Position numbers and translations under genes: made by a program
Part shown: piece after piece, positions 49,377 to 59,324 of the stretch
Numbering within the stretch: the stretch's first letter is position 1
Layout of the letters: every line of letters begins with the position of its first letter
Notes under the pieces: generated by a model
What the model saw: the letters and a program-made list of their open reading frames with translations, nothing else
Databases searched by the model: none
Told to the model about the DNA's origin: nothing
Source of the DNA: Oligoflexia bacterium
Lineage (GTDB): Bacteria > Bdellovibrionota > Bdellovibrionia > JABDDW01
DNA: 64,000 nt
Assembly (NCBI GenBank): GCA_043732305.1
Contig: JAYTHU010000102.1
Span: forward strand, 32,001-96,000
Direction of reading: 5' to 3'

Positions 49377-51011
49377 ATGCGACTTGAGGGCTTAATGCTG
49401 ATATTCTTAATTTTCTCTACGTTGTTCAGTGGCCATCAAGCTCAAGCCCAAGTCAAAATGCAATTGCGTGTTGATCCTATCTCTGCGCATGCGGGAGACA
49501 CAGTTAAAGTCTCCGTTGATTTGTCCATCAGCACTCCCCACCATGTCCTCACAGATGTTTTGAAACTCAAGATTGAAAATCCTGAAGGATTTGTTTTAGG
49601 TAAACTCTCAGCAACGCCGGTCAAAATGTTCTTTGATCGATTCTCAAATAAAAATCGCGAGACCTTGGAGGATCAAGGAACTGTCACGGCCGATCTGCAA
49701 GTGCCGTCCACAATTGGGGCCGGCAAACGCGTTCTTAACTTTCTATTTACCTATCAAGCCTGCAGCGTGAAGTATTGTCTGTTTCCAAAAACGGTACCAC
49801 TGCAAGCGGAAATAGCGATATTGGCCACGACTATGAATCCAGGCAGCAGTGCAGTCAGTGACGCCGATGGCGCGACATCATCCGGATTCTCTTCCAGCAA
49901 TGGATTTGCAAAAGCCTTGGCGCGCGGAAAATTCTGGGCCTACCTCTTTGTATTTATTGGTGGCATTCTCACCAGCTTCACTCCTTGTATTTTCCCCATG
50001 ATCCCAATCACGATTTCCATCATTGGAGCCAAAGCCGCTCAGGATAAAAAATCTCGCGCCTTTGCTTTGAGCCTTTGCTACGTGCTGGGAATCGCCGTGA
50101 CATATTCCATGCTAGGAGTTTTAGCGGCTAGCACAGGCGCGTTCTTTGGCGCGTTCCTTGGAAATATTTGGGTTGTTGGTTTTGTGGCACTTGTGTTTCT
50201 AATTATGGGCTTGAGCATGCTTGGATTATTCGAACTTCAAGCTCCAACTTTCTTAAGAAATTCACTCGGCACGGCCAAAGTGGGCTCAGGATTTATTGGA
50301 GCCTTTTTTGTGGGATTGGTTTCCGGCTTGGTCGCATCACCATGTATTGGTCCAGTGTTGGTTGGAATTCTTACTTATGTGGCTCAATCTGCGACCGCCG
50401 GGCATCCCCAAATTTTCTTCGGCTTCACTTTGCTCTTCACGTTTGCGATTGGAATGGGACTTATTTTCTTGGTCTTGGGAACCTTCTCCGGCCTCATGTC
50501 CAAACTTCCACGCTCTGGGATGTGGATGAGCAAAATCAAAATCGTCTTTGGTCTCGCACTCATTGCGATGGCATTTTATTACACGATGCCTTTCTGGTCG
50601 AAACTCAAAGGTCTTCCCGTTTCAGGCTCAACCACTCAGGTGGAAGCTAGAAAAACTTCCAGTGTTATGAACTGGCAGAATTATTCGGATGATTTAGTGA
50701 AACAGGCAAAAACGAATAATCAGCCTGTCATTGTCGATTTTGGTGCGGACTGGTGTCTCGCTTGTCATGAGCTTGATGATCGCACTTATCTTGATCCAAA
50801 AGTTGGCGAAGCCTCCAAAACTTTTATGCTTCTGAGAGTGGACGCCACCCAGCAGACCCCCGAGAACGAAGCCCTTCAGAAAAAATACAACGTCATTGGT
50901 TTACCTACCGTGCTTTTCATAAATGCAAACGGCGACGTGGTAAAATCCTTGAGCATCACTGGGTTTGTAAAAGCCGATGAATTCTTAAGGCGCATGGCGA
51001 AGGTAAAATAA
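49377..51011 (+). CDS. dsbD: Thiol:disulfide interchange protein DsbD
   Basis: YQACSVKYC N-domain, TPCIFP/SPCIGP TM domain, WCLAC thioredoxin. Confidence 0.93.
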   Translation: MRLEGLMLIFLIFSTLFSGHQAQAQVKMQLRVDPISAHAGDTVKVSVDLSISTPHHVLTDVLKLKIENPEGFVLGKLSATPVKMFFDRFSNKNRETLEDQGTVTADLQVPSTIGAGKRVLNFLFTYQACSVKYCLFPKTVPLQAEIAILATTMNPGSSAVSDADGATSSGFSSSNGFAKALARGKFWAYLFVFIGGILTSFTPCIFPMIPITISIIGAKAAQDKKSRAFALSLCYVLGIAVTYSMLGVLAASTGAFFGAFLGNIWVVGFVALVFLIMGLSMLGLFELQAPTFLRNSLGTAKVGSGFIGAFFVGLVSGLVASPCIGPVLVGILTYVAQSATAGHPQIFFGFTLLFTFAIGMGLIFLVLGTFSGLMSKLPRSGMWMSKIKIVFGLALIAMAFYYTMPFWSKLKGLPVSGSTTQVEARKTSSVMNWQNYSDDLVKQAKTNNQPVIVDFGADWCLACHELDDRTYLDPKVGEASKTFMLLRVDATQQTPENEALQKKYNVIGLPTVLFINANGDVVKSLSITGFVKADEFLRRMAKVK

Positions 51012-51024
51012 ACATTCAGAATAT

Positions 51025-51837
51025 TTAGGTCGGCCGGACTTTCATCCAGTCCATAGTGAGACAGTAAAGGTTTTCCGAATCCGATGCCATCACAGTTTTC
51101 TGAATCTCTTCTATCATCGCCACCAATTTTTCTTTTATCTTTCCGAAATCTTTTTCACTGAGCACGCAAGGAAAAGTGAATGCCAGTTCGGAGTTTTGCA
51201 CATCATCTATTTGTTCAATAACTTTCAGCCGCCAGTTCGTGTGATGGCGAGAAACCAAAGCGGAATCTCTTTGTGCGTAGGTTTTAACGGCACCGTAATT
51301 CAAAACGCCATTTTCTTCTGTAACCAAACCTCGACTGATTAAAAATTCTAAACTGCGATTGATCCTGTCTAGCGGAAGATCTAATCTTTGCGAAACTGCG
51401 GCAGCGCTCTGATACTGAGGGATGTCGCTGAGAAGCCTGATCGCTACGTTCAACCAATTTGAATAGAAAAGCGCCTGATCTCTTTCATCGAGAGTATTTT
51501 TAATCTCCAAACGTTCAGAAAGATTTTGTGAACGCTCTTTTAATTTTGCGAGTTGTCTGCGACAAAACTGCTTAGCTAGTTGATCCCCTGCCCTTTCAAA
51601 CTGGACGAGCATCACAAGATATTCCGTTTCCATCTCGCTCATTCCAAAAAATTTCGAAAGCTTTAATGTTTGTTCTAAGCTGAGGTTCGACTCACCTTTA
51701 AAAACGTGAGTGACCATTGTCGTATGTATGCCCAAAGCTTGGGCGATCTTACGAAATTCCCCATGCCCTTTCTTTGGGTAAGTGAGAAGCCTTTCGCGAA
51801 CAAAATCTTTATAATTATCGTAATCGAAGGCCTTCAT
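51025..51837 (-). CDS. TIGR02147/DUF4423 family HTH protein
   Basis: YDNYKDF...FRKIAQALG HTH, FYSNW, HHTNWR; typical ~270-aa size. Confidence 0.8.
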   Translation of the reverse strand: MKAFDYDNYKDFVRERLLTYPKKGHGEFRKIAQALGIHTTMVTHVFKGESNLSLEQTLKLSKFFGMSEMETEYLVMLVQFERAGDQLAKQFCRRQLAKLKERSQNLSERLEIKNTLDERDQALFYSNWLNVAIRLLSDIPQYQSAAAVSQRLDLPLDRINRSLEFLISRGLVTEENGVLNYGAVKTYAQRDSALVSRHHTNWRLKVIEQIDDVQNSELAFTFPCVLSEKDFGKIKEKLVAMIEEIQKTVMASDSENLYCLTMDWMKVRPT

Positions 51838-52011
51838 ATGTATCTAATATACCTCAGCTTACTTATATAGTTTAGTTTTATTCATTTATAACGATGAATA
51901 TTTAGAAACATAATCTATCGCTTATGACGCTATGCATTTATAACCATTCTATACCGCATGGTGCGGCACACTCAATGCACTCCTGAAAGAGTGCCCACAG
52001 GAAAGGTTTTT

Positions 52012-53013
52012 ATGAAGAACTTAGTTTTAACGATTTTAGTTTTATTGGCTTCTGCCTCAAGCTATGCCGGCAAAGGTGAAGGCGGTGGTGGCAACATCAT
52101 CAAGAGCACGCCTGCAGAAGTCAAAAATGCAATTCAACAAAGTGGCTTGGGTTATCGCTGGTTGCTAAAAGAGCTTCGCGCCGAAATAACCGAAGGCAAT
52201 TCGCTCCAAATTAGAAATCCAAAACTTCGCAAAATTTTCACCGATATCACTTCGCTGAAGGAAGTCTCAGATATGCTGGATAAAAATCAGGGAATCTTCA
52301 TGATAGAATCAACGGATGGTCCGTGCATGCACGAGGGTAAACCCAATGACAGCTCTATTTCTCAAGCCGAAGGTGAGGTCCCTAGAATTTGCATGAGCAT
52401 CCCCCGCCTCCGACAATATCCAAAGGAAGCGTTAACAACTCAAATCGCAGCCCTCGTGGTTCATGAATTTTCTCACCTTGCTGGTTACACAGAAAATATT
52501 GCGAGAAATGTAGTTCAACCTTTCGCACTTTCACTTATGGCGCGTGATTGTAACCTTGAAATGTATTTGGAATCGACGGATGAGGCCAAGCAAACTCCAG
52601 GAGAGAAGAAAGCACGAATATTCACCCCTCCAGGGCAGTATCAAAATGTATTAGTTGCCGATCGTATCGTCATTTACTTGAGAGAATTTGATAAATTTAT
52701 CACCTCAGACAGTGGGACGATTGTTGAATATGAAGCCAACTGGGGTGGTTATAGCTCCAACGTGAAGACTGCCGTAGAAACTACTTTGGAATTCAACAAA
52801 ACTATTCTAAATCGGAACTCGATCTCCTCCACATTTACTTACCGCGATGTGAACGGAAAGCTCGCACTAACCACTTTGAAAGTAAAAAATCCGCGCAGAG
52901 ATAATCTTGGGAATGTGTCTTTTGATTCGGGCAGTTTTTATCCAGAAGTGAAAATTGCGGGAAAAAAGCGGAAGCTAGACCGTGTCTCTTACTCCCAGGA
53001 ATGTTTTAATTGA
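52012..53013 (+). CDS. Secreted protein with GxGEGGGG N-terminus and HExxH motif
   Basis: GAAAGG RBS; signal peptide ending SYA|GKGEGGGGN; LVVHEFSHLAGYTE. Confidence 0.7.
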   Translation: MKNLVLTILVLLASASSYAGKGEGGGGNIIKSTPAEVKNAIQQSGLGYRWLLKELRAEITEGNSLQIRNPKLRKIFTDITSLKEVSDMLDKNQGIFMIESTDGPCMHEGKPNDSSISQAEGEVPRICMSIPRLRQYPKEALTTQIAALVVHEFSHLAGYTENIARNVVQPFALSLMARDCNLEMYLESTDEAKQTPGEKKARIFTPPGQYQNVLVADRIVIYLREFDKFITSDSGTIVEYEANWGGYSSNVKTAVETTLEFNKTILNRNSISSTFTYRDVNGKLALTTLKVKNPRRDNLGNVSFDSGSFYPEVKIAGKKRKLDRVSYSQECFN

Positions 53014-53052
53014 AAAGTTACATGGTTTTGCAATAAACGGACGGCTCAAAGA

Positions 53053-53556
53053 CTAGAGTTTTTTGAGCCGTTCGATTTGCCTGCGGGCATCGTCAATGAT
53101 TTCTTGTTGCTTAACAATGGCCAGAGATTGATTGTCGATAAGTTTGGTAGCCTGGGACAAACGTAAATCAAACTGTTGAATGATTTGGTTGTGGCGTTCG
53201 ATGATAGTTTCTACCTTAGCTTCGCCCATGTGTTTTTCACGAACTCGACCTGAAAGTTCGGCCCACTTGTCCTGAGTTTCACGCTGAATCATATTGAGGC
53301 GCTCTTCGAAAACCGTCAGTCTCTGAAGAATTTTTTCGGTTTTGAATCCATGCTGCTTACTGAAATCCTGTGAATCAAACCGCAACTTGTCTAATTCTTC
53401 TTTAAGCTCGACGATTTTGTCTAATACGATACTAGGCTCACTGCTAAACAAGCCCTCGAACTCACGCTCTAAAGAACCTCCGAAGGAACCGTTTGATCCT
53501 TGAAGACTTTGTTGAGGGTGTTCGCCAAATAATCCGGGATGCAGTTGTCTTGACAT
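53053..53556 (-). CDS. Coiled-coil hypothetical protein
   Basis: AAGG RBS; E/K/Q/L-rich heptad pattern. Confidence 0.6.
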   Translation of the reverse strand: MSRQLHPGLFGEHPQQSLQGSNGSFGGSLEREFEGLFSSEPSIVLDKIVELKEELDKLRFDSQDFSKQHGFKTEKILQRLTVFEERLNMIQRETQDKWAELSGRVREKHMGEAKVETIIERHNQIIQQFDLRLSQATKLIDNQSLAIVKQQEIIDDARRQIERLKKL

Positions 53557-53619
53557 CCTTCTATCTCAGCATAGAAAAATACTATAGACAAGTCCGGTCG
53601 CGGCTCTTTATCCTTATAG

Positions 53620-54594
53620 ATGATGGCAAGCCCAATACAAGTCAGTCAATTGACTACATTTATCCTCGCCCATTTGACCGAAGAAGATGCGGGCCGCGTG
53701 GCTTTGTATCATTATCTCAAAAATTTCTGTCGAGAAAATGAACCCGTCCAACCCACACTCATCAATCAGTTTTTCTCGGAATGTCTACAGATGGCATTTT
53801 GGCAGGAAAGAAAAAATGAACTTCACAAAGATGTAAAAGATTTGTTGAGTGCGTTTTATACAGCCAATCGAGTGGCGCTTTCTCTCGATCCTTTATGGGA
53901 TCTTTCGAAAATGCAAATCATCGGACTCACTCAAAATGAAAATCTTTATCACACGGTGAAAAATTTTGAGACAGCACTTGTGTTGGAAGCAGAAACTTTA
54001 CGTTTGATCAATGAAAGCGACACGCGAGTGATCGCACTGAAGAAAAATTCTCAAGGACAAATTTCCGTGCGCACTTACAATAATCAAGTGCGGATTCAGG
54101 GCTATCAACTTTATCCGTTAGCCCCCGATCAAGAACTTTCCTACAATCCACTTTTGGAATTAAATTCTCATGTGGTTCAGCGAGTGAAACTCACACCTCA
54201 TCTTCAAGTTCGATTTGAAATAAACGATGATGGCGTCATCGCGCAAAGTATTTCCGGATATGCGTTCAGGCAAAGTCAGATTTTGCGGCTCGCTCATCTC
54301 GGAGAATTTCCGGCGCTTTTCTATCATTTGAAGCGTTTGGAGAGATTCTACGTTTATCGGACCAGCGATCCCTACTATGTCGAACTTGTGTCCACCCTCG
54401 ACAAAGCGCTGCAGTTGATACAAACTGGCGAGCCCGGAGCCGAGGCTTTTGCCCGAAATGTTTTCGAATCGGCCCAAATCGCCTTTGACCAGGTGTTTCC
54501 AGATGACAAAACACTGTATATTAAACTAAAAGAACTAGCGAAGGGCATGACTTTACAGAAGCCCCGCGCCAATAATCTAAAACAGGAAGTTTAA
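53620..54594 (+). CDS. Hypothetical cytoplasmic protein
   Basis: 324-aa ORF abutting the pseudouridine synthase gene; no motif recognised. Confidence 0.6.
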   Translation: MMASPIQVSQLTTFILAHLTEEDAGRVALYHYLKNFCRENEPVQPTLINQFFSECLQMAFWQERKNELHKDVKDLLSAFYTANRVALSLDPLWDLSKMQIIGLTQNENLYHTVKNFETALVLEAETLRLINESDTRVIALKKNSQGQISVRTYNNQVRIQGYQLYPLAPDQELSYNPLLELNSHVVQRVKLTPHLQVRFEINDDGVIAQSISGYAFRQSQILRLAHLGEFPALFYHLKRLERFYVYRTSDPYYVELVSTLDKALQLIQTGEPGAEAFARNVFESAQIAFDQVFPDDKTLYIKLKELAKGMTLQKPRANNLKQEV

Positions 54595-55425
54595 GTGCCC
54601 GAACAAAAATCAGACCAAAAACCAGCCTACAAAGCAGCCGAGAAATCTGAACGCAGACCAAAACGAGAATCGAAAGTTTTGATAGCAGGCAAGGACGAAC
54701 TCTACGTCCGTTTGCATAAATTCATCGCCGATTGCGGGATTGCTAGTCGTCGTAAAGCTGAAGACATGATCGAAGACCGCTTGGTCACTGTGAATGGTAA
54801 AGTTGTGATCGAAATGGGTTACAAGATCAATCCCAAAAAAGATTCCGTGAAAGTTCGCGGCAAGCTTGTTCAGATGAAAAACGAAACCGTTTACCTCATT
54901 CTCAATAAACCTACTCGTGTTTTGACAACGTTGAAAGATCCCGAGGGACGCCCAACAGTTAAGGATCTGCTTGTTGGTTTCAAAACTCGCGTGGTTCCCG
55001 TTGGACGTATGGATTATGAGAGCGAAGGACTTTTGCTCTTAACAAACGATGGCGATTTTGTTCAAGCGTTCAATCACCCCTCGAAAAAACTCACAAAAAC
55101 ATATCTTGTCAAGTTAGATGGCCAACCTACTCCTGAAGCTTTGCTGAAGTTAGAAGCCGGCATCACTTTAGCTGAAGGCAAAGTGAAAGCTTTGTCAGTT
55201 AAGAAAATGAAAACTGGAGCTCAGTACGATTGGATTCGGGTTTCATTGGTCGAAGGGCGAAATCAACAGTTGCAAAGAATGTTCGCAAAAATTGGTTTTG
55301 ACGTTCTCAAAATCCGTCGAGTCGCCATCGGCAAACTCACACTCGGTGGGCTCGAACGCGGCGAATTCAAAGTTATTAGTTCAGACGAAGTCGGCAAAGT
55401 TTTTAAAGACTACGATAAAAATTAA
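54595..55425 (+). CDS. rluB: 23S rRNA pseudouridine synthase (RluB/RsuA family, S4 domain)
   Basis: RLHKFIADCGIASRRKAE S4 domain; PVGRMDYESEGLLL; EGRN. Confidence 0.85.
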   Translation: MPEQKSDQKPAYKAAEKSERRPKRESKVLIAGKDELYVRLHKFIADCGIASRRKAEDMIEDRLVTVNGKVVIEMGYKINPKKDSVKVRGKLVQMKNETVYLILNKPTRVLTTLKDPEGRPTVKDLLVGFKTRVVPVGRMDYESEGLLLLTNDGDFVQAFNHPSKKLTKTYLVKLDGQPTPEALLKLEAGITLAEGKVKALSVKKMKTGAQYDWIRVSLVEGRNQQLQRMFAKIGFDVLKIRRVAIGKLTLGGLERGEFKVISSDEVGKVFKDYDKN

Positions 55426-55440
55426 TTAACGCATTAATTA

Positions 55441-56286
55441 TCAGTGACCCTGCTTAGAAGGTGTCGCAACTTGATTCAATTCTGAAGGATCACTCGCGGG
55501 CCAGCCGTCGCCACCTTTGTTCACATCCGTTTGTTCAGGAAGCGCGGGGCGATTAGAGCTACCGGTTGGAGCACCTTCAGTTTTGTAGGGCCAACCGTTA
55601 TATGGCACGGGATTTTCGCGGCGTTCGTCTTTGGCTTTATCTCCGGCAGCTTTCATCTCACTGTAAATTTTTTGATACTCGGGGAATTCTTGTTTGAATT
55701 CTGTGCGCCGATTGGCAATATCGTTTTCAAATGTTTTTCGTTCTTCACGAACTACGTCTTCGAATTCATCACGCTCATCACGCAAGTCGGTGTTGAAACG
55801 GTCACGCTCGACAGATTGATTTTCCAGATACGATGAACGCTTCTCGGAAGAGTATTTGCCGGAAAGAAAATCATCGCGGTCCTCTTTTTGTTTATCTTGA
55901 AAACTTTTTCTTTTTTCAGCGGTATGGTGATTGAAGTCGTCGCGTTTGCGCCCTATCCGTTTTTCGAAATCGGCCCTATTTTTTCTAATTTCATCATCAT
56001 ATTTTTCACGAAGCTCACTGGGATCCATTTTGTGCTGCTTCCATCGAAGAAGAACATCGGCCAGACGATCGTTTGATTTTTTAGTTTCTTCGGGAATGTC
56101 TTTTCGAAGTTCGGCGATATCTTCGCGATCTTTTTTCAGGCTTTGCTCGCCTTCCATTTCTTCGCGCGTGGCCGGCTTGTCCGGGGAATGAGAACAACCT
56201 GCAAGGCCAAAGCCCAGCCCTGAAACGGAAATCATTATTGATATGATAGAGAATTTCGATTTTGAGAAAATTTCCGGGTTATTCAT
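55441..56286 (-). CDS. Lipoprotein with charged 11-residue helical repeats
   Basis: Lipobox LAGC; RxxF/Y recurring every 11 aa. Confidence 0.7.
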   Translation of the reverse strand: MNNPEIFSKSKFSIISIMISVSGLGFGLAGCSHSPDKPATREEMEGEQSLKKDREDIAELRKDIPEETKKSNDRLADVLLRWKQHKMDPSELREKYDDEIRKNRADFEKRIGRKRDDFNHHTAEKRKSFQDKQKEDRDDFLSGKYSSEKRSSYLENQSVERDRFNTDLRDERDEFEDVVREERKTFENDIANRRTEFKQEFPEYQKIYSEMKAAGDKAKDERRENPVPYNGWPYKTEGAPTGSSNRPALPEQTDVNKGGDGWPASDPSELNQVATPSKQGH

Positions 56287-56340
56287 ACCAAAAGTCTAGC
56301 ATAGGAGTCCGATTCTGCAAGAAAATGCCGATAAGTTTAT

Positions 56341-57003
56341 ATGATACGGACACCCAAATACCAACCCATGAATTTTTCAGAAAGGCGCAAACGCCAGGCT
56401 TCGCAAAGTATTTTGCAAAAGCAACAATACAAGCACGCTTATTTTCTCACGCGCTTTGGAATCATGTTTGGTGTTTTCCTGACTGGCTTCTCGCTCTATC
56501 TTTTGAATTCGAACTACTCTCTTTTTGAAAAAACATTGCTGGTTTACGCACCAAGTGTTATTGCTTCTCTCACTGACGAACTTCATATTGCGAACGTTTT
56601 TTTACTAGGTTCGTTTTTAGCCTACTGCTTTTTCATGGCGCTTTTAGGAGCGAGAATCTCACATCAAATTGTTGTGCCGGTGTTTTTGATTCAGGAAAAA
56701 ATGAAAATGCTTTGTCGAGGCGATTTCAAAAACGCCAAACTAAGTATTCGTAAGAGTGATGATTTTCAAGAGTATTGCGAAACTTATAATCACATGGCGG
56801 ATATTTTAAAAACGCAAATTGAAATAGATATTGGTCGATTAAAGAACATCAAACCCGATCCGAAAAATCATGATGCCACTCACATTTGGGAACAGATGCT
56901 GGCAGAAAAACAAGCCCTGTTAGGAATTGGTCCAGCTTCGGCAGAAGCTTCTAACGCCGCTTTAGAGCTTGATCCAATTCCCTCTTCACGTCGCGCGTCT
57001 TGA
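56341..57003 (+). CDS. 2TM-HAMP-like membrane protein
   Basis: Two TM helices, then SHQIVVPV...GDF...IRKSDDFQE...YN. Confidence 0.65.
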   Translation: MIRTPKYQPMNFSERRKRQASQSILQKQQYKHAYFLTRFGIMFGVFLTGFSLYLLNSNYSLFEKTLLVYAPSVIASLTDELHIANVFLLGSFLAYCFFMALLGARISHQIVVPVFLIQEKMKMLCRGDFKNAKLSIRKSDDFQEYCETYNHMADILKTQIEIDIGRLKNIKPDPKNHDATHIWEQMLAEKQALLGIGPASAEASNAALELDPIPSSRRAS

Positions 57004-57400
57004 TGCTATCTCGCTTGTCATGAGATTTCTTCCCTTTAACAAGTGCGACTTCTGCTTTCGCGAAACCTTCTTTGAAATAAAGTTTCAGCGGAACCATCGA
57101 CAAGCCTTTTTCTTTCATAGCGGCAATGATTTTATCAATCTCACGCCTGTGCATTAAAAGTTTGCGACGTCGCTCTGGCGCGTGATTGTTGTAACTCGAA
57201 GCGGAGTATACCCCGATGTGAGAATTCAAAATCCAAAGTTCGTTTTTTTCGAAAATGACATAACAGTCTTTGAGCTGAGCGTTGCCTGCACGTAGGCTTT
57301 TGATCTCGCTTCCAGTCAAAGCCAGGCCGGCTTCAAATTGTTCTAAAATGAAGTAGTCATGAAAGGCTTTGCGATTTTGGGCAATGATCTTGATTCCCAT
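56951..57400 (-). CDS. smpB: SsrA-binding protein
   Basis: NRKAFHDY, EAGLALTGSEIKSLR, RKLLMH, KGKKSHDKR. Confidence 0.97.
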   Translation of the reverse strand: MGIKIIAQNRKAFHDYFILEQFEAGLALTGSEIKSLRAGNAQLKDCYVIFEKNELWILNSHIGVYSASSYNNHAPERRRKLLMHRREIDKIIAAMKEKGLSMVPLKLYFKEGFAKAEVALVKGKKSHDKRDSIKTRDVKRELDQALKRR

Positions 57401-57411
57401 AGTTCCCCACC

Positions 57412-58017
57412 TTACGCCTTTTTGGGCAAGGGCACAACTAAACCTAGAGACACGATGATTTTGAAGGCTTGCTCGACGGAGAGCGAGGATTCCTTGGTGT
57501 CTTTGCGGGCCACGAAGAAATAAAAACCGTTGGTAGGGATGGGAGTAGTTGGGAGAAAAACACTGAGCATGGGTTGGTCAAAATTCTTCTGGATCTCATC
57601 AGGGATGATTTCTGAAGTCACAAAAGCCAAAGACCAGCCAGCACGTTGCGGAAATTCCACCAAAACAACTCTTCTAAAATGTTTGTCCTGATTTACAAAA
57701 AGAGTTTCTAGAATCTGCTTCACGCTGGTGTAAACAGATCCTAAAATAGGGATGCGAGAAAATCCATCCGAGGCCAATCCGAAAATAAATCGGCCCAAAA
57801 TATTTCTTCCTAAAAATCCTGCAAATAGAATCAATAAAATAGAAACGAGGAAACCTAGACCGGGAATGTGCACAGGCATCCAGTGATTGGTGTAAAGCGC
57901 CGAGTCCGCTGCTTCAATGACTGCTTTCACAACCATGTAGCAAATCGCGAGTGGTCCTAAAACTAGAACGCCGGCGAGAAAGTAATCTTGTAGAATTTTT
58001 TTGAATGCATTTAACAT
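57412..58017 (-). CDS. DUF502 membrane protein
   Basis: RIPILGSVY, VLVEFP, VFLPTTPIPTNG; likely ATG at 58017 overlapping the upstream stop (TAATG). Confidence 0.85.
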   Translation of the reverse strand: MLNAFKKILQDYFLAGVLVLGPLAICYMVVKAVIEAADSALYTNHWMPVHIPGLGFLVSILLILFAGFLGRNILGRFIFGLASDGFSRIPILGSVYTSVKQILETLFVNQDKHFRRVVLVEFPQRAGWSLAFVTSEIIPDEIQKNFDQPMLSVFLPTTPIPTNGFYFFVARKDTKESSLSVEQAFKIIVSLGLVVPLPKKA

Positions 58018-59324
58018 TAGAGTTCCGTGGTCAGCGTGATGCCGTAACTCCAAACCGTTCCACCAATTTTGTAACCGGGATAACCCAAAGAGGCGCTGGA
58101 ATTTTTAGTCACCTGACGAGGCATAAGATAATGCACAAGCCCCGCAAAATCCAATTGAGATTTGAATCCAAGGGCTTTTTCCAAGTTGAGAATGCTAAAT
58201 CCAAGTCCGACTTCGTGCTTGTCCGAATCCATGAAGTTCAAATCACCACTCAAATCGGGAGTCGGCGTGGGCACAAAAGCGTAGCCAATCCGTGCGGCCA
58301 CAGCCTGCCATTTTCGTTGAAACCCACCGTGTAAACTGATGGTGTCGTGGAAATTTATGAGAGGCAATGTCTGGCTAAATGTCGATTGAAACGTCTGGAA
58401 ATTGATTACAATCTGAGAAGACTGGTAGCCACTCCAGCGTTCGATGTTGGCAGAAAATGACAGTGATTCAATGTCATTTTGATAACTGGTGCTGAGAACA
58501 TAGGTTTCCGGATTGAACATCACGGACGAATTGACAGCAAACGCGAGTGGAGCGCCCGTCCCTCCGGGCAAAAGACCAATAGCAGCACTCTGATTTAGAA
58601 CAAATTGCCCATTTTGAACGCCAAAGTAGCTCGCGCCGACTTTGATTCCAGCATCGTTGAAACTTTTGATAACTCCGACGGTTGGAGCAAATCCAGGCCT
58701 GGCGTCAAGTTTGACCTGGCCCGTGGAGTTGCCACCTGTGGGAAGCTCAAATTGCGCGTTGCCGGCCATCGTGAGATAAAGCTGTCCACCTAGTCCGAAC
58801 GCCCAAGAATCACCCAGACTAAAACTTAAATTCATTCCGCCGGTGAAGTATTGGGTGTCCGCAAGATACATTGAGTACTGAGGCAGGAAACTATTTTCCG
58901 TGTTCACTTCCATAAGCTGTTGAAGTGGGGCCACAATAAAAAATCCCACGTTCATGGGATGTTCTCCATGACCCAGCGGAGTTTTAAAGCCAAGCGCAGC
59001 TAAAAAAGTGTCTGCCGTTTTTGTGTTCACATCCGAATTGCTTTGGGTGCAACCGCCGTAAAGCGCAGTCGTGCAAGTCTGAACTTGGCTGATACTGTTG
59101 AAAGAGCTCATCGCTCCTTCCATGCTGAATGAAAACAAAGACCCTTTTTGAAATTGCATAAGCCCTGGATTGTAATTTTGCGAATAAGCGTCAAGAGGGA
59201 GTGCACTATTCGAATTACCTAGAGATTGTGCGTTGGCACCTAAACCGTAAAGACTTTGCTGATTAGCAAAGCTCAAGCTTGAAAACAAAATCATACAGAA
59301 AGAAAACAGAAAACCTCGCATCAC
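58017..59324 (-). CDS. FadL/OmpP1-type outer-membrane hydrophobic-compound transporter
   Basis: Signal peptide; YGLGANAQSLGN...YNPGL hatch motif; RIGYAFVPTP...MDSDKH. Confidence 0.75.
   Translation of the reverse strand: MMRGFLFSFCMILFSSLSFANQQSLYGLGANAQSLGNSNSALPLDAYSQNYNPGLMQFQKGSLFSFSMEGAMSSFNSISQVQTCTTALYGGCTQSNSDVNTKTADTFLAALGFKTPLGHGEHPMNVGFFIVAPLQQLMEVNTENSFLPQYSMYLADTQYFTGGMNLSFSLGDSWAFGLGGQLYLTMAGNAQFELPTGGNSTGQVKLDARPGFAPTVGVIKSFNDAGIKVGASYFGVQNGQFVLNQSAAIGLLPGGTGAPLAFAVNSSVMFNPETYVLSTSYQNDIESLSFSANIERWSGYQSSQIVINFQTFQSTFSQTLPLINFHDTISLHGGFQRKWQAVAARIGYAFVPTPTPDLSGDLNFMDSDKHEVGLGFSILNLEKALGFKSQLDFAGLVHYLMPRQVTKNSSASLGYPGYKIGGTVWSYGITLTTEL

Noticed and set aside
50168..50650. 160-aa alternative-frame ORF inside dsbD
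   Set aside because: Fully nested in a well-supported gene, with no motifs.
51950..52010. c-di-GMP riboswitch (hairpin with GAAA-containing loop)
   Set aside because: Lacks the GCAAA/second-stem arrangement of the GEMM motif.
56951..57411. tmRNA gene near smpB
   Set aside because: No intergenic space, and no tRNA-like ends recognised.
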